DNA of 64,000 nucleotides, from the NCBI GenBank assembly GCA_963796105.1, contig CAWCKJ010000002.1:96001-160000 (forward strand), read 5' to 3'. The stretch comes from a candidate division FCPU426 bacterium. GTDB lineage: Bacteria; Oederibacteriota; Muellerivitia; Muellerivitales; Muellerivitaceae. Numbering within the stretch: position 1 is the stretch's first letter; every line of letters begins with the position of its first letter. Positions 27,644 through 37,649 of the stretch are shown one piece after another. The translations under genes and the position numbers were made by a program. The notes beneath the pieces are model-generated. The model did not search any database. It saw nothing but the letters and a program-made list of their open reading frames with translations, and was not told the origin of the DNA.

Positions 27644-28909
27644 TTAGGTGAAAAGCGTCTGCAATTCTTTTTCCCATTTGTTCATGATGATTTTTTTTGA
27701 GAAATGGGCCTGATAGACTTTATGGCAATGCTTGAACATGGCGGATCGCCCGCGCTTGTTGGCGGAAAATTTCAGCAGGGATTTGGCCGTTTCCCCCGGG
27801 TTCGTGGGAGTGAGCACCCAGCCTACACGGTATTCCTCGATCCATCGGGCGATACAGCAATCCGGGCTTCCCTCGAACAGGACCGGGCGGCCCGCCGCTA
27901 GGGCGCCGAAAAACTTGGAGGGCACCACGATCCCGTTCCATTCGGGGCGGAGGGAAACCAGGTGGACGTCGGGCGCGGAAAGGCGGGAGGATAGTTGATC
28001 CCCCGACGCGGGGTCGGCGAAATGGATATTGGCGTCCTCCGGGTTGACCGCGAGCCTCAGCTCCGCCAACCGGCTTCCCCTGGCGCTGAAAACGAACAGG
28101 CCCTGGCTTCCCATCAATCGGGCCAGTTTCAGGATCATGTAAAACTCATGGGCCCGGCCGAAACTGCCGGAGTAAAGGAGGCCGAGCTTGGCCTTGCCGA
28201 AAAGGTTTTCACGTTCCTTCTTATCAATGGGCAAAGGCTTGGCCGGCTCCTCGAGGGCCCAAGGGGTCAGGGTCGCTGATTTCTTAATGGGATATTTTTC
28301 CAACCTTTTTCTCATGCAGGATCCCAAATCCACGGCCAGGCCGCATTGGAAGTAACCCCGTCTCACCAGGGCCGTCAGGGCCATGAGAATCGGGTTATTT
28401 TTTCCGACGATACCGTCGGCCAAGGCGGCTTCCGGGTAAAGATCGAAGCACCAATGGACGATTTCGGCCTTGGGCCTGAGGAGTCTCAGGAAGGGGTGGA
28501 GGATCACCGTGAGCAGGGGGTCGGTGCCGGTGATGATCACGTCCGGCCCGCAGGAGGGGGTGAAGGCCAGCCTCAGCCACCAAAATTTGAGCATCCAGAG
28601 GGCGTTCAAGACCCGGCCAAGGAAAGAATGCTGGCTCAAGGGGGGCCGCCAAACCCGGCGCACCAGCACGCCGTTCAAATCCGCCGGTTCCAGGGAATAG
28701 GCGGCCTTGCCGTGACAGCTTCGGTTGGAGGGCCAAACCTCGACCTTGTAACTTTTTTTGGAAAGGTTTTCGCAAAGGTCCGTGAACAGGCGGGCGGCCG
28801 CCACGTCATCCGGGTGGTAGTAATGGTGTAAAACTAAAATCTTTTGGCTCATCCAAAATTCTTTCCGAAAAAGGGTTTGTGAGGCTTCCTGAAGCCCGGC
28901 TTGGGGCAA
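27644..28909 (-). CDS. GT4 glycosyltransferase (WcaI/WbuB-like)
   Basis: HHYYHPD, DLYPE, YSGSFGRAH, VPSKFFG.LAAGRP; likely start 28852. Confidence 0.85.
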   Translation of the reverse strand: MPQAGLQEASQTLFRKEFWMSQKILVLHHYYHPDDVAAARLFTDLCENLSKKSYKVEVWPSNRSCHGKAAYSLEPADLNGVLVRRVWRPPLSQHSFLGRVLNALWMLKFWWLRLAFTPSCGPDVIITGTDPLLTVILHPFLRLLRPKAEIVHWCFDLYPEAALADGIVGKNNPILMALTALVRRGYFQCGLAVDLGSCMRKRLEKYPIKKSATLTPWALEEPAKPLPIDKKERENLFGKAKLGLLYSGSFGRAHEFYMILKLARLMGSQGLFVFSARGSRLAELRLAVNPEDANIHFADPASGDQLSSRLSAPDVHLVSLRPEWNGIVVPSKFFGALAAGRPVLFEGSPDCCIARWIEEYRVGWVLTPTNPGETAKSLLKFSANKRGRSAMFKHCHKVYQAHFSKKIIMNKWEKELQTLFT

Positions 28910-28945
28910 GGGAAGGGAGATATTACAACATTTAGGCCATGGATT

Positions 28946-29881
28946 TTAACCGCGAAGGCGCCCGGAGTCCTTCTCCGCGAGGAAGCTTTGGTAGGTCTCG
29001 CGGATGCCTTTCTCCAGGCCGATCCGGGCTTTCCAGCCAAGGGCCTTGAGGCGGGACACGTCCAGGAGTTTACGGGGCGCGCCGTCCGGTTTGGAGGCGT
29101 CCCAAAGGGTCTTTCCCTTGAAACCCACGGCGGAGGAAACCAGGACAGCCAGTTCCTTGATGGAAACATCCTCTCCCACCCCCACGTTCACCCAGTCCGG
29201 GGGATTGTCGAGGCCCAGGAGGAAGGCGCAGGCGTCGGCCAGGTCATCCACATGGAGGAACTCCCGCCTGGGGGTTCCCGTGCCCCAAAGGGTCACCTCC
29301 GCCGATCCTTCCGTTTTGGCCTTATGGAACTTGGAGATCATGGCGGGAAGGACATGGGAATCCGTCGGGTGGTAGTTGTCCCCCGGCCCGTAGAGGTTGG
29401 TGGGCATGACCGAATGGTACAGGACGCCGTATTGGGAGCGGTAATATTGGCAGAGCTTCAGGCCCGCTATCTTGGCGATGGCGTAGGCCTCGTTGGTCGG
29501 CTCCAGCGGCCCGGTCAGGAGGCAGGTTTCCGGCATGGGCTGGGGGGCGTGGCGGGGATAGATGCAGGAGCTTCCCAGGAACAAAAGCCTTTTGATGCCG
29601 GCTTGGAATGATCCCTCGACGCAGTTCATGGCGATGATCAGGTTTTCCCGGATGAAGTCGGCTGGATAGCTCGCGTTGGCCAGGATACCGCCCACCTTGG
29701 CGGCGGCCACAATGACCGCGTCCGGCTTTTCCCTCAACAGGAAATCATGGGTTTTTTTCTGGTCCTTGAGGTTCAGCTCCTTGAATGTCCGCGTGAGAAG
29801 TTGGACTGATTTGTCGCCCGTGAAACGGCGCGCCAAGGCCGAACCCACCATGCCGTTATGCCCCGCGATGAATAGTTTCAT
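28946..29881 (-). CDS. fcl: GDP-L-fucose synthase
   Basis: [52 protein letters not shown]. Confidence 0.97.
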   Translation of the reverse strand: MKLFIAGHNGMVGSALARRFTGDKSVQLLTRTFKELNLKDQKKTHDFLLREKPDAVIVAAAKVGGILANASYPADFIRENLIIAMNCVEGSFQAGIKRLLFLGSSCIYPRHAPQPMPETCLLTGPLEPTNEAYAIAKIAGLKLCQYYRSQYGVLYHSVMPTNLYGPGDNYHPTDSHVLPAMISKFHKAKTEGSAEVTLWGTGTPRREFLHVDDLADACAFLLGLDNPPDWVNVGVGEDVSIKELAVLVSSAVGFKGKTLWDASKPDGAPRKLLDVSRLKALGWKARIGLEKGIRETYQSFLAEKDSGRLRG

Positions 29882-29905
29882 GGATGATCCTTGAGCGGTA
29901 TTTAC

Positions 29906-30955
29906 TTAAGAATCCCGCTTCTTTTCACGAACGGCCAATTCCAGGTCATGGTCCACCATGCGGCGGATCAACTGCCGGAAGGAAGTCTCGTTCCGCCAGC
30001 CCAGGACCCTCCGCGCCTTGGAGGCGTCGCCCCGCAGGAAATCCACCTCGGAGGGGCGGAAATAACGAGGGTCGATTTTTACGTGTTTTTTCCAGTCCAG
30101 GCCGGCGTAGCCGAACGCCTCCTCGGCCATTTCCCGGACCGAATAGGCCTTTCCGGTCGCCACGACGTAATCATCCGGCTTGGGTTCCTGGAGCATGAGC
30201 CACATGGCCTTGACGAACTCCTTGGCGTCCCCCCAGTCGCGTTTGGCGTCCAAGTTGCCCAGGAACAAGTCTTTCTGGAGGCCGGCCTTGATCCGGCCCA
30301 CGGCCCTGGTGACCTTCCGGGTGACGAAAGTCTCGCCCCGCCTTTCGCTCTCGTGGTTGAAAAGAATGCCGTTGGAAATATGGAGGCCGTAGGCCTCCCG
30401 GTAGTTCCTGGCGGACCAATAGGCGTAAAGCTTGGAGACCCCGTAGGGGCTCCTGGGGTGGAAGGGGCTGGTTTCGTTATAGCCGGACTTGGGACAGTCC
30501 ATGCCCCCGTAAAGCTCCGAACTGCTGGCCTGGTAGAAACGGGCCTTGGGACAGGCTCCCCTCATGGCTTCCAGGAGCTTGAGGGTCCCCACGCCGGTCA
30601 CCTCGCCGGTATATTCCGGCTGGTCGAAGGATACCATTACGTGGCTCATGGCGCCGAGGTTATAGATCTCATCCGGCCTGATCCGCGCCAGGAGCTTGTA
30701 TAGGCCCGAGGAGTCGGAAAGGTCCCCGTAATGGAGGAAAAACCTGCGGCCGTGGACGTGGGGGTCCTGGTAGATGTGGTCAATGCGTCCCGTGTTGAAA
30801 ACGGAGGATCGGCGGATGAGGCCGTGGACCTCATAGCCCTTTTCCAATAGGAGGTCTGCCAGCCAGGAACCGTCCTGGCCCGTGACGCCTGTCACGAAAG
30901 CTTTACGGCCCTTGGAGGATTTCCCGGCCTTACCGCTCATTTTCATTTCATTCAC
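29906..30955 (-). CDS. gmd: GDP-mannose 4,6-dehydratase
   Basis: [53 protein letters not shown]. Confidence 0.98.
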   Translation of the reverse strand: MNEMKMSGKAGKSSKGRKAFVTGVTGQDGSWLADLLLEKGYEVHGLIRRSSVFNTGRIDHIYQDPHVHGRRFFLHYGDLSDSSGLYKLLARIRPDEIYNLGAMSHVMVSFDQPEYTGEVTGVGTLKLLEAMRGACPKARFYQASSSELYGGMDCPKSGYNETSPFHPRSPYGVSKLYAYWSARNYREAYGLHISNGILFNHESERRGETFVTRKVTRAVGRIKAGLQKDLFLGNLDAKRDWGDAKEFVKAMWLMLQEPKPDDYVVATGKAYSVREMAEEAFGYAGLDWKKHVKIDPRYFRPSEVDFLRGDASKARRVLGWRNETSFRQLIRRMVDHDLELAVREKKRDS

Positions 30956-31178
30956 TCCGGTTTCCTAAAGGGTGGAACGGCTTGACTCGAATGGGTGCCC
31001 TTAATAAGGAAGAATCATTTTAACTTGAAACCTCTGAAAAACTGAAATAAAGCTTCAAACAGAGGTTTCGACCCCAAAGATTTCCGCGCCATTTTTTCAC
31101 ATAAACCTATAAAGACAAAATGGCATGCCCAGTTATCTTAATCAGATTTCCAACCTAACTGGGCAGGAAATAGGCCGG

Positions 31179-31495
31179 GATAACCCGCCGACAGTACCGT
31201 CGGCCTGGGTCGGTAAGCTGAGATAACCCGCCGACAGTACCGTCGGCATGGGCCGGTAAGCCGAGATAACCCGCCGACAGTGCCGTCGGCATGGGTCGGT
31301 AAGCTGAGATAACCCGCCGACAGTACCGTCGGCATAGGCCGGTAAGCTGGGATAACCCGCCGACAGTACCGTCGGCATAGGCCGGTAAGCTGAGATAACC
31401 CGCCGACAGTGCCGTCGGCATGGGTCGGTAAGCCGGGATAACCCGCCGACAGTGCCGTGGGCATGGCCCGGTAAGCTGAGATAACCCGCCGACAG
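31179..31495. repeat. Tandem array of 43-bp units (7 full plus a partial) with a GCCGAC-N6-GTCGGC palindrome
   Basis: gataacccgccgacag starts at 31179, 31222, 31265, 31308, 31351, 31394, 31437 and 31480. Confidence 0.95.
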
Positions 31496-31612
31496 AGCAT
31501 GAAAAAGGCGAAAAACGGGTATACATAGGTAAAAATGTTGACAGAAATCATATTTATTTTGGCCGGTTTATATTAATTTTTACCCTCTGAAACAAATACC
31601 TATCAAGACACC

Positions 31613-32374
31613 ATGGAGGACGCCATGGAAAATATTAGCCAGGATTCCTTAAATTGGCTGGGTGATCTCAATGACCTTTCCAAACAGGCGCGAAAGGACC
31701 CCACCAAAAGCAACACCGATTTGGCCAAGGAATTAGGCATCCACCGCGGGTCGGTCATTACCCTGAAAGTTCTTATAACCCTGCTCGACCCCTCCGCCAT
31801 TGAAAAGATCCAAAAGGCAGCGCGGGGGAAATACCCCTATACCCTGTCCTTCAGGCAAGCCACGGCCCTGGCCCGATTGGAAGGGGGGATAACCGGCAAA
31901 CCGGGGATTGTCCATGAAACGCTGGATATGGCCATTGCCCGTAGGTTAACCACCAAGGAAATTTTGGGGTTGGTGGCCCATGTCAAAAGCGGAAAACCGG
32001 CCAAGGAGTTCGACCGCACCCAGGTCAAGAGAAAGACCCGTTCCGATAAAAAAGTACGGATCCCGCGCAATCAACGGCAGGGGGTTAGCGGCGGGGAGTC
32101 GGGGACTTCCATAGGGCAACCGGGAGAAAGGGAAGAAGAAACCCAATATCCGGAGTGGGTGCTGAAAATCCGCGCGTTTTTGGAAAAACTGGATAAGTGG
32201 GAGCAAAGCGATCCGGTGGATAGGTTCATTGAGAAACATGCCGGACTGTTATTCTTCATCCTTCTAGTGCTTATATTCGCGAGCTGTAGGGTGACCCATT
32301 GCGGCAAGTCCCAACAACCTGAGGCCCAGCCCCCGGCGGCGGTCTCAACCCCGGCCCAAGATACCAAGCCATAA
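31613..32374 (+). CDS. ParB/Spo0J-like HTH protein lacking the N-terminal ParB domain, with C-terminal TM helix
   Basis: SNTDLAKELGIHRGSV...LL.P...IQ....LSFRQATALARL...RLTTKEI..LV; TM GLLFFILLVLIFASC. Confidence 0.6.
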   Translation: MEDAMENISQDSLNWLGDLNDLSKQARKDPTKSNTDLAKELGIHRGSVITLKVLITLLDPSAIEKIQKAARGKYPYTLSFRQATALARLEGGITGKPGIVHETLDMAIARRLTTKEILGLVAHVKSGKPAKEFDRTQVKRKTRSDKKVRIPRNQRQGVSGGESGTSIGQPGEREEETQYPEWVLKIRAFLEKLDKWEQSDPVDRFIEKHAGLLFFILLVLIFASCRVTHCGKSQQPEAQPPAAVSTPAQDTKP

Positions 32375-32416
32375 CCAAAAGTTGACAACATGACCTCTAT
32401 AGGTCATCATAAGGTC

Positions 32417-32686
32417 ATGATTAAAAATGATAAAACCTCCGTGCGAATGGCTGACTTTAAGGCCCACTTGAGCCGGTATATCCGCGATGTCCGGCAGGGC
32501 CGTCCCTTGACCCTTATGGACAGGGAAACACCCGTGGCGCAAGTTATTCCCTATCCCGGGAAGCCCGGGAATTTGGCGGTTCGTCCGGCCGTCCGCCGGC
32601 CGGGCCAGGTGCGTTTTCCAGCGCCCCACAAGAAAAAGCTGGATGTGGTCCAATACGCCGCGGAGGAAAGGGAAAGATACCGTTGA
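32417..32686 (+). CDS. Phd/YefM-type antitoxin
   Basis: VRMADFKAHLSRYIRDVRQG...DRETPVAQVIP. Confidence 0.88.
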   Translation: MIKNDKTSVRMADFKAHLSRYIRDVRQGRPLTLMDRETPVAQVIPYPGKPGNLAVRPAVRRPGQVRFPAPHKKKLDVVQYAAEERERYR

Positions 32687-33099
32687 ACGCCTACTTGGAC
32701 ACCTCAGTCGTATTGAGGCTTCTCCTGGGCCAGCCTGACGCGCTCAAGGATTGGGGAAATTACGAGAAACTGGTCGGAAGCGCCCTGGTGGAGGTGGAAA
32801 GCCTGAGGACCCTGGACCGAATGAGGCTCAAGGGGGAAATATCAGAGCCGGAATCGCAGGAATTCCGGGCCGGGTTGTATGAATTCCTTGAAACGATGGA
32901 ATTGGTGGAACCCTCCGGGGCCATTCTGCGAAGGGCGTCGGGATCTTTTCCCGCGGTCCTTGGCACGTTGGACGCCATTCACCTATCCACGGCCTTGGCC
33001 TGGCAGGACGAGCGCGCGTCATTCCTGACAGTGGCCACCCATGACAAGACGTTCGGAAAAGCCGCCAAGGCCCTGGGCTTTAAAACCGTGGGATTTTAA
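32683..33099 (+). CDS. vapC: VapC PIN toxin
   Basis: YLDTS, VE, LGTLDAIHLSTA, ATHD motifs. Confidence 0.9.
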   Translation: MNAYLDTSVVLRLLLGQPDALKDWGNYEKLVGSALVEVESLRTLDRMRLKGEISEPESQEFRAGLYEFLETMELVEPSGAILRRASGSFPAVLGTLDAIHLSTALAWQDERASFLTVATHDKTFGKAAKALGFKTVGF

Positions 33100-33102
33100 T
33101 TA

Positions 33103-33200
33103 TCCATTGCCCAGTGGTGAACCTGTCGAACCATTCATTTTTCATTGTTTTTTCGTCAATTCCTAACTGCTAATTCCTAATTGCTTTTCAGAGTGTTCCT
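33103..33200 (+). repeat. 98-bp inverted repeat, left arm (right arm 36788-36885)
   Basis: Manual alignment gives 7 mismatches in 98 bp. Confidence 0.9.
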
Positions 33201-33250
33201 GAATCGCCTTTTGTATTTGCGGCCAATTTCTAATTACTAATTCCGAATTC

Positions 33251-34729
33251 CTAATTTATTAGTTGTTCTATGGCTTCGACCATTTTCGTCAAATCCTTTT
33301 TCCATTTCCCCCAAGCTACCTTTCCTGATGCCTCTTGGACCAGCATCGGGGCGGAAAGGGCGAACCGCAGGCCCCAATATTCCGGGCCGCCTGGTTTTTT
33401 CGCGTCGGGGGGGGAAAGCCTTACGGGCTTACCGAGAAGGTAACCAGCCTGGAACAGTTTTTTCCTTAATTCGGCGAGTTTTTCCTGGCTCATCCGGTCC
33501 CGCTCATTTTTCCTATCAGAGGAATAGACCAAGACGGTAAAGATGGACCGGCAATGATTATCAGTCCCGTCCACCAGGGTGAGACGTTTGGATTTTTGAA
33601 CCGCGTTGGATGCTTCCCGGGACATCCGGCAAAGAACCGCCTCCCTTTTTGGCTGGGGGATGGAGAAGTAAGCCTTCATCTCCGCCAGCGCGGCCTCCCA
33701 ACGCAGAAGCAAGCCCAAGTTCCAGGAACCCAAGGGGTGCTTCGAATTTAATAGGGGAGAGAATTCCGGCCCAAAATCAGCTTTTGTAAGGTAAGGGGAA
33801 AGTAGTCGCGGGAACAGGGAATGGTTCGGGCGGCGCAGGAGCGAATCCAGCTTTTTCCGGGGCATGAGCAGGGCCCCGCAAAAGGGAGGCCCTCCGAAGA
33901 ACTTGGAACCGCTGATAAGGACAAAATAACCCTCCTTAAGGTAGGCCTTGAAACCATCCGGTCTCCACCGGCCCTGAGCCGCGTCCACCAGGACGGTCAC
34001 CTTGCCGGGGTGGGCTTCACGGAGGCGTTTGACGAAACCCAGCGAGGGCGAGGAGGCCCCGGTCTTCGAGGAATCCACGAGCCGCAGAAGGATATGCTTG
34101 CCGGCCTTGATAGCCTGGCCCACAGCCTGATGGAGGCGTTGCTCAACCGTTCTGGCTGGCAGGAATTTTCCTTTGGGGTTCCGGATATGGATTTCGGTGT
34201 TCCAGATGCGCTTGAATTCCTTGCCCACGAAAGGCTTACCATGGACCGCGGAGCGCCCGTTGGGAAGCATGGAGTCGAAATACCTCCCGGAACCGGCCAG
34301 GGCGGAGCCTTGTCCCAGTTCCAGGGGAGCCATGAAGATGTTCCGGATAGGGCCGGGAAAAGCGGTCAGGGTCCAGGCCAGGGGTATCGCCTCGGCGTCG
34401 GTCCCGCTGGGGGAAAGGATGATCTCGTAATCGTCCAGTTCCTTGTAGGCGAGTATTTCCCTCAAACGATCCCGGACCAGGCGCGCGGCCTCAACCGCCC
34501 CAAAAGACGTGGAGTGTTTTTTCTGGGACAGTTTTTTCCAAAGTCCTTGGGCAGCCTTGAATCCCCTGGGAGAGGGGGGAACGGCGGTGCAGGAGGACCA
34601 AATCGAGAGGTTTTTCATGGGATAAGGGGCGCAGTAATAGGGGTTCAACCCGGTGTTGGGGTCCGTGACGGCCCTGCTGTCAGCGCCCTGGCCTAATAGG
34701 ATTGAAAGGGAAGGAATGGAGGAAGACAT
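33251..34729 (-). CDS. Uncharacterised fold-type-I PLP-dependent protein
   Basis: SPSGTDAE, SKTG, VDAAQGR, ISGSKFFGGPPFCGA (PLP lysine). Confidence 0.7.
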   Translation of the reverse strand: MSSSIPSLSILLGQGADSRAVTDPNTGLNPYYCAPYPMKNLSIWSSCTAVPPSPRGFKAAQGLWKKLSQKKHSTSFGAVEAARLVRDRLREILAYKELDDYEIILSPSGTDAEAIPLAWTLTAFPGPIRNIFMAPLELGQGSALAGSGRYFDSMLPNGRSAVHGKPFVGKEFKRIWNTEIHIRNPKGKFLPARTVEQRLHQAVGQAIKAGKHILLRLVDSSKTGASSPSLGFVKRLREAHPGKVTVLVDAAQGRWRPDGFKAYLKEGYFVLISGSKFFGGPPFCGALLMPRKKLDSLLRRPNHSLFPRLLSPYLTKADFGPEFSPLLNSKHPLGSWNLGLLLRWEAALAEMKAYFSIPQPKREAVLCRMSREASNAVQKSKRLTLVDGTDNHCRSIFTVLVYSSDRKNERDRMSQEKLAELRKKLFQAGYLLGKPVRLSPPDAKKPGGPEYWGLRFALSAPMLVQEASGKVAWGKWKKDLTKMVEAIEQLIN

Positions 34730-34897
34730 GGATTCAATAATACAACATAAAGGAAAGTTAGGAATTAGAAGTTAGGAGTGAGGAATGGACGACTAAAATC
34801 GCCATTATAAAATTTGTTGAAAACCACAAAAAAATCAAACAACCGTGAAAACATACCTATAAAATACGATAATTACATTTGGGGAGGTAATTGAAAA

Positions 34898-35272
34898 TTG
34901 GCTTCTAATAGCATTATCCGGGAAAAAAGCTTCGCTTTTGCTTTGAAAATAATCAAACTTTACAAAACACTTCTTAATCAAAAAGAGTTTATTTTATCTA
35001 AACAATTATTGAGGAGTGGAACCAGTATCGGAGCTAACGTAGAGGAGGCATTGGCCGCCCAAACCCGCAAGGAATTTCACTCGAAAATGACCATTGCGTT
35101 CAAGGAAACGCGCGAAACCCGTTATTGGCTTCAATTACTCAAAGAATCAGAATTGGTGGTATTTGATTTTTCTATTTTTTTGACGGATGTTGATGAACTG
35201 AATCGAATATTGTCGTCTATTACAAACTCTACAAAAATTACTTCTGACAAATCAAACAATTCCCATAACTAG
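34898..35272 (+). CDS. Four-helix-bundle protein (23S rRNA IVS / Avd-like family)
   Basis: KSFAFALKII.LY, LSKQLLRSGTSIGANVEEA, KE.RET.YWL.LL. Confidence 0.92.
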   Translation: MASNSIIREKSFAFALKIIKLYKTLLNQKEFILSKQLLRSGTSIGANVEEALAAQTRKEFHSKMTIAFKETRETRYWLQLLKESELVVFDFSIFLTDVDELNRILSSITNSTKITSDKSNNSHN

Positions 35273-35350
35273 TTGGTCTTTTGACTTTTTCCCGGACTTT
35301 GCTTATTTTTAAAAACTCCTAACTTCTAACTCCTCACTCCTAACTGAAGT

Positions 35351-36706
35351 TTATTCTTCTTGGTCGAGTTTATCTTCCATTTCTTTCACCATCTTTTCCA
35401 CCGCGCCTTCCCCCGGCTTGACCGCGAAGAGGGTCCCGTAGGCCCCTCCAGTCTTTTTCCTTTTTTTCACGCCGGGGTATTTCCCGGCTATTTTCACGCA
35501 TTCCGCCAGATCCTTGAGGAACTCACCGGCGACAGGCCCGTGGACGGGGGTAATGACCATGTGGATGGCGGGAGGGTCCATCAGGCAGTCCAGGTTCCAT
35601 TTTCTTTTTTCCAGCTCGTCCGCGACCCTAAAGATGTCCAGGGCAGGGTTGGAGGAGCCAAAGGCGAACACGCTCATCTCGGGCTTGCCCAGGATTTCCA
35701 GGCCCTGGATGGCCTTGATGCCCTCCTGGAGTTTCCGGGTGGTCCTCATGATCCCCTCGAAAAGCCCGAGATAACCTTCCTCGCCCAGAGCCCTCAAGGC
35801 GGCCCAGGCGGAGGCGGCGTTGCCGCCGGACCTTGTTCCCAGCAAGCCGGGGCTCGCGAAGGGGCCGCCGGACCATTGGGTGTCGGCAAAGAATTGATGG
35901 CGCCTGAGATCCGGGTTTTTATAAAGCAGGACCGAGGCGCCCTTGGCCGAGAAGCCGTATTTGTGCAGGTCCAGGGCCAGGGAAGTCACGCCCGGAACCT
36001 CGAAACCGAAAGCCGGGATGGGTTGGCCTAATTTCCGCAGGAAGGGAAGGGCAACCCCGCCAAGGCAGGCGTCCACGTGAAGGCCGATTTTACGCTTCAA
36101 GGCGATTTGCCCCAGGGCGCCGATGGGGTCCAAAGTCCCGTGAGGGAAACTGGGGGCCGAGGCGATGATGGCGGCGGTATTGGGGCGGATTCGTCCCGCG
36201 ATGGCCTTGGGATCAGCCCGGAGATCTGGGCCGCAGTCCACAACCACGGTTTTCAAACCCAGGTATTGGGCCGCCTTGAGGTGGCAGGGGTGGGTGTTGC
36301 GGCTCAGGATGATTACAGGATGGGTCGCGCGGTTTTTTTGGGAATCCCTGTAGGCTTTCAAGGCCAGAAGGGCGCTTTCCGTCCCGCCGGACGTGAAACT
36401 GCCGCGAACCTTGGAATAACCAGGCTGGGCTTTCGGGCCTGCCAGGAGGTTCCGGACCATGGAAACCACCTCGGACTCGATTCTCGCCACGCTGGGGAAG
36501 GCCCTGGCGCTCAAGGCGTTCTCGGACTGGTAAAGCGCGAAGGCCTTTTCCAAAAGGGCCTGGTGCTTTTTGCCGGCGAAGTAAACCAGGCTGAAGGACC
36601 GGCCGGTTTTCCAGTCCCAATCGTCCTTTTTTAGTTTTTGAAGCTCCGCCAGGATCTTTTTGGGGTCCTGGGAACGGGGAGGGAATGGGGGCATAAACAT
36701 AATCAT
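35351..36706 (-). CDS. Group II PLP enzyme, sphingosine-1-phosphate lyase-like
   Basis: TSGGTES, SAPSFPHG..DPI, LHVDACLGG, VPGVTS...DLHKYG..AKG.SV. Confidence 0.85.
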   Translation of the reverse strand: MIMFMPPFPPRSQDPKKILAELQKLKKDDWDWKTGRSFSLVYFAGKKHQALLEKAFALYQSENALSARAFPSVARIESEVVSMVRNLLAGPKAQPGYSKVRGSFTSGGTESALLALKAYRDSQKNRATHPVIILSRNTHPCHLKAAQYLGLKTVVVDCGPDLRADPKAIAGRIRPNTAAIIASAPSFPHGTLDPIGALGQIALKRKIGLHVDACLGGVALPFLRKLGQPIPAFGFEVPGVTSLALDLHKYGFSAKGASVLLYKNPDLRRHQFFADTQWSGGPFASPGLLGTRSGGNAASAWAALRALGEEGYLGLFEGIMRTTRKLQEGIKAIQGLEILGKPEMSVFAFGSSNPALDIFRVADELEKRKWNLDCLMDPPAIHMVITPVHGPVAGEFLKDLAECVKIAGKYPGVKKRKKTGGAYGTLFAVKPGEGAVEKMVKEMEDKLDQEE

Positions 36707-36787
36707 ACAATCAAAACTTCAATTTAAAATGAATAATGAACAATGAACAATCGACAAACGGAAATCAGGAACATGCCGAAGGCAATT

Positions 36788-36885
36788 AGGAACACTCTGA
36801 AAGGCAATTAGGAATTAGAAGTTAGGAATTAACTGAAAAACAATGAAAAATGAATGGCTCGACAGGCTCACCACTGGGCAATGGA
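36788..36885 (-). repeat. 98-bp inverted repeat, right arm
   Basis: Reverse complement of 33103-33200. Confidence 0.9.
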
Positions 36886-36951
36886 AAATGAATACCCGAC
36901 AAAAAGAAATTAGAAGCAACTTCAAAAGAAATTGCTGGTTCAGTAAAACAC

Positions 36952-37350
36952 TTAAGGAATGCAATGAAAACCATGTTCTCGAAAATGCTTATCGAAGGTG
37001 AGGATGTTCTTGATCCCTTTCTTCCGCATCACTTCAAAACTTACACAATCCACCAAGCTTAAATCCCTTTTTTTAACCGCCAGCACGGCGGCAAGGCCCG
37101 CTTCATGCGAGTATTCGTCAATCCATTCCACCGATAGGATTGGGACGACATCATTTTTAAAATCAGATACGGCCTCAAGGCCTAAGCGGTTTTGGAGCAG
37201 GGAAAAAGTCTCCAAAATGATGTAATTGCTGCAAACAAGTGTGGTATCCGACTCCAGCAAGGATTTCCACGCCTGGTCCGCTCTTGAATGAAACCGGTCT
37301 TCCTTAGTTAGAAGGGCGATAAAAAAAGAAGTGTCAACAAAGGTGGTCAC
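36952..37350 (-). CDS. vapC: VapC PIN toxin
   Basis: FVDTS, D..H..A, SLVDCVSF.VM, TFDKHF..GF. Confidence 0.92.
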   Translation of the reverse strand: MTTFVDTSFFIALLTKEDRFHSRADQAWKSLLESDTTLVCSNYIILETFSLLQNRLGLEAVSDFKNDVVPILSVEWIDEYSHEAGLAAVLAVKKRDLSLVDCVSFEVMRKKGIKNILTFDKHFREHGFHCIP

Positions 37351-37592
37351 TTGGCGTAGTTCTCGGCCAAGTATTTATCGTGGTTAATGGAGAGATCGGA
37401 ATAACGAGAATGGAATTTCCCCGAAATGGCGATAGCGCGTTCCCGCCTTTCCTCTGGGCTGGGGGTGCCGTTTTTAAGGTATGCATCAACCCCTTGGCGG
37501 ATGACCTCGGCCATGGAGATGTGCCGTTCCATGGCGATTCTTTTCAACGAAGCGGATTGTCTCTTAGTCAGTTGAATTTGGGTGCGAACCAT
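37347..37592 (-). CDS. RHH/CopG antitoxin
   Basis: MVRTQIQLT...SMAEVIRQGVD...DLS..HDKYL. Confidence 0.9.
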   Translation of the reverse strand: MVRTQIQLTKRQSASLKRIAMERHISMAEVIRQGVDAYLKNGTPSPEERRERAIAISGKFHSRYSDLSINHDKYLAENYAK

Positions 37593-37649
37593 CGAGACCC
37601 CCTAGGTGATAACACATTGACTATAATGATAACACGTCACTCGAAAATC

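Noticed and set aside
31179..31495. 43-bp array as CRISPR
   Set aside because: Contiguous units with only point differences and no spacers
31138..31551. Three overlapping minus-strand ORFs
   Set aside because: By-products of the 43-bp repeat
34898..35272. Diversity-generating retroelement (Avd-like gene)
   Set aside because: No reverse transcriptase or TR/VR pair seen in the window
23319..37592. Integron cassette array
   Set aside because: No integrase and no RYYYAAC...GTTRRRY attC structures recognised
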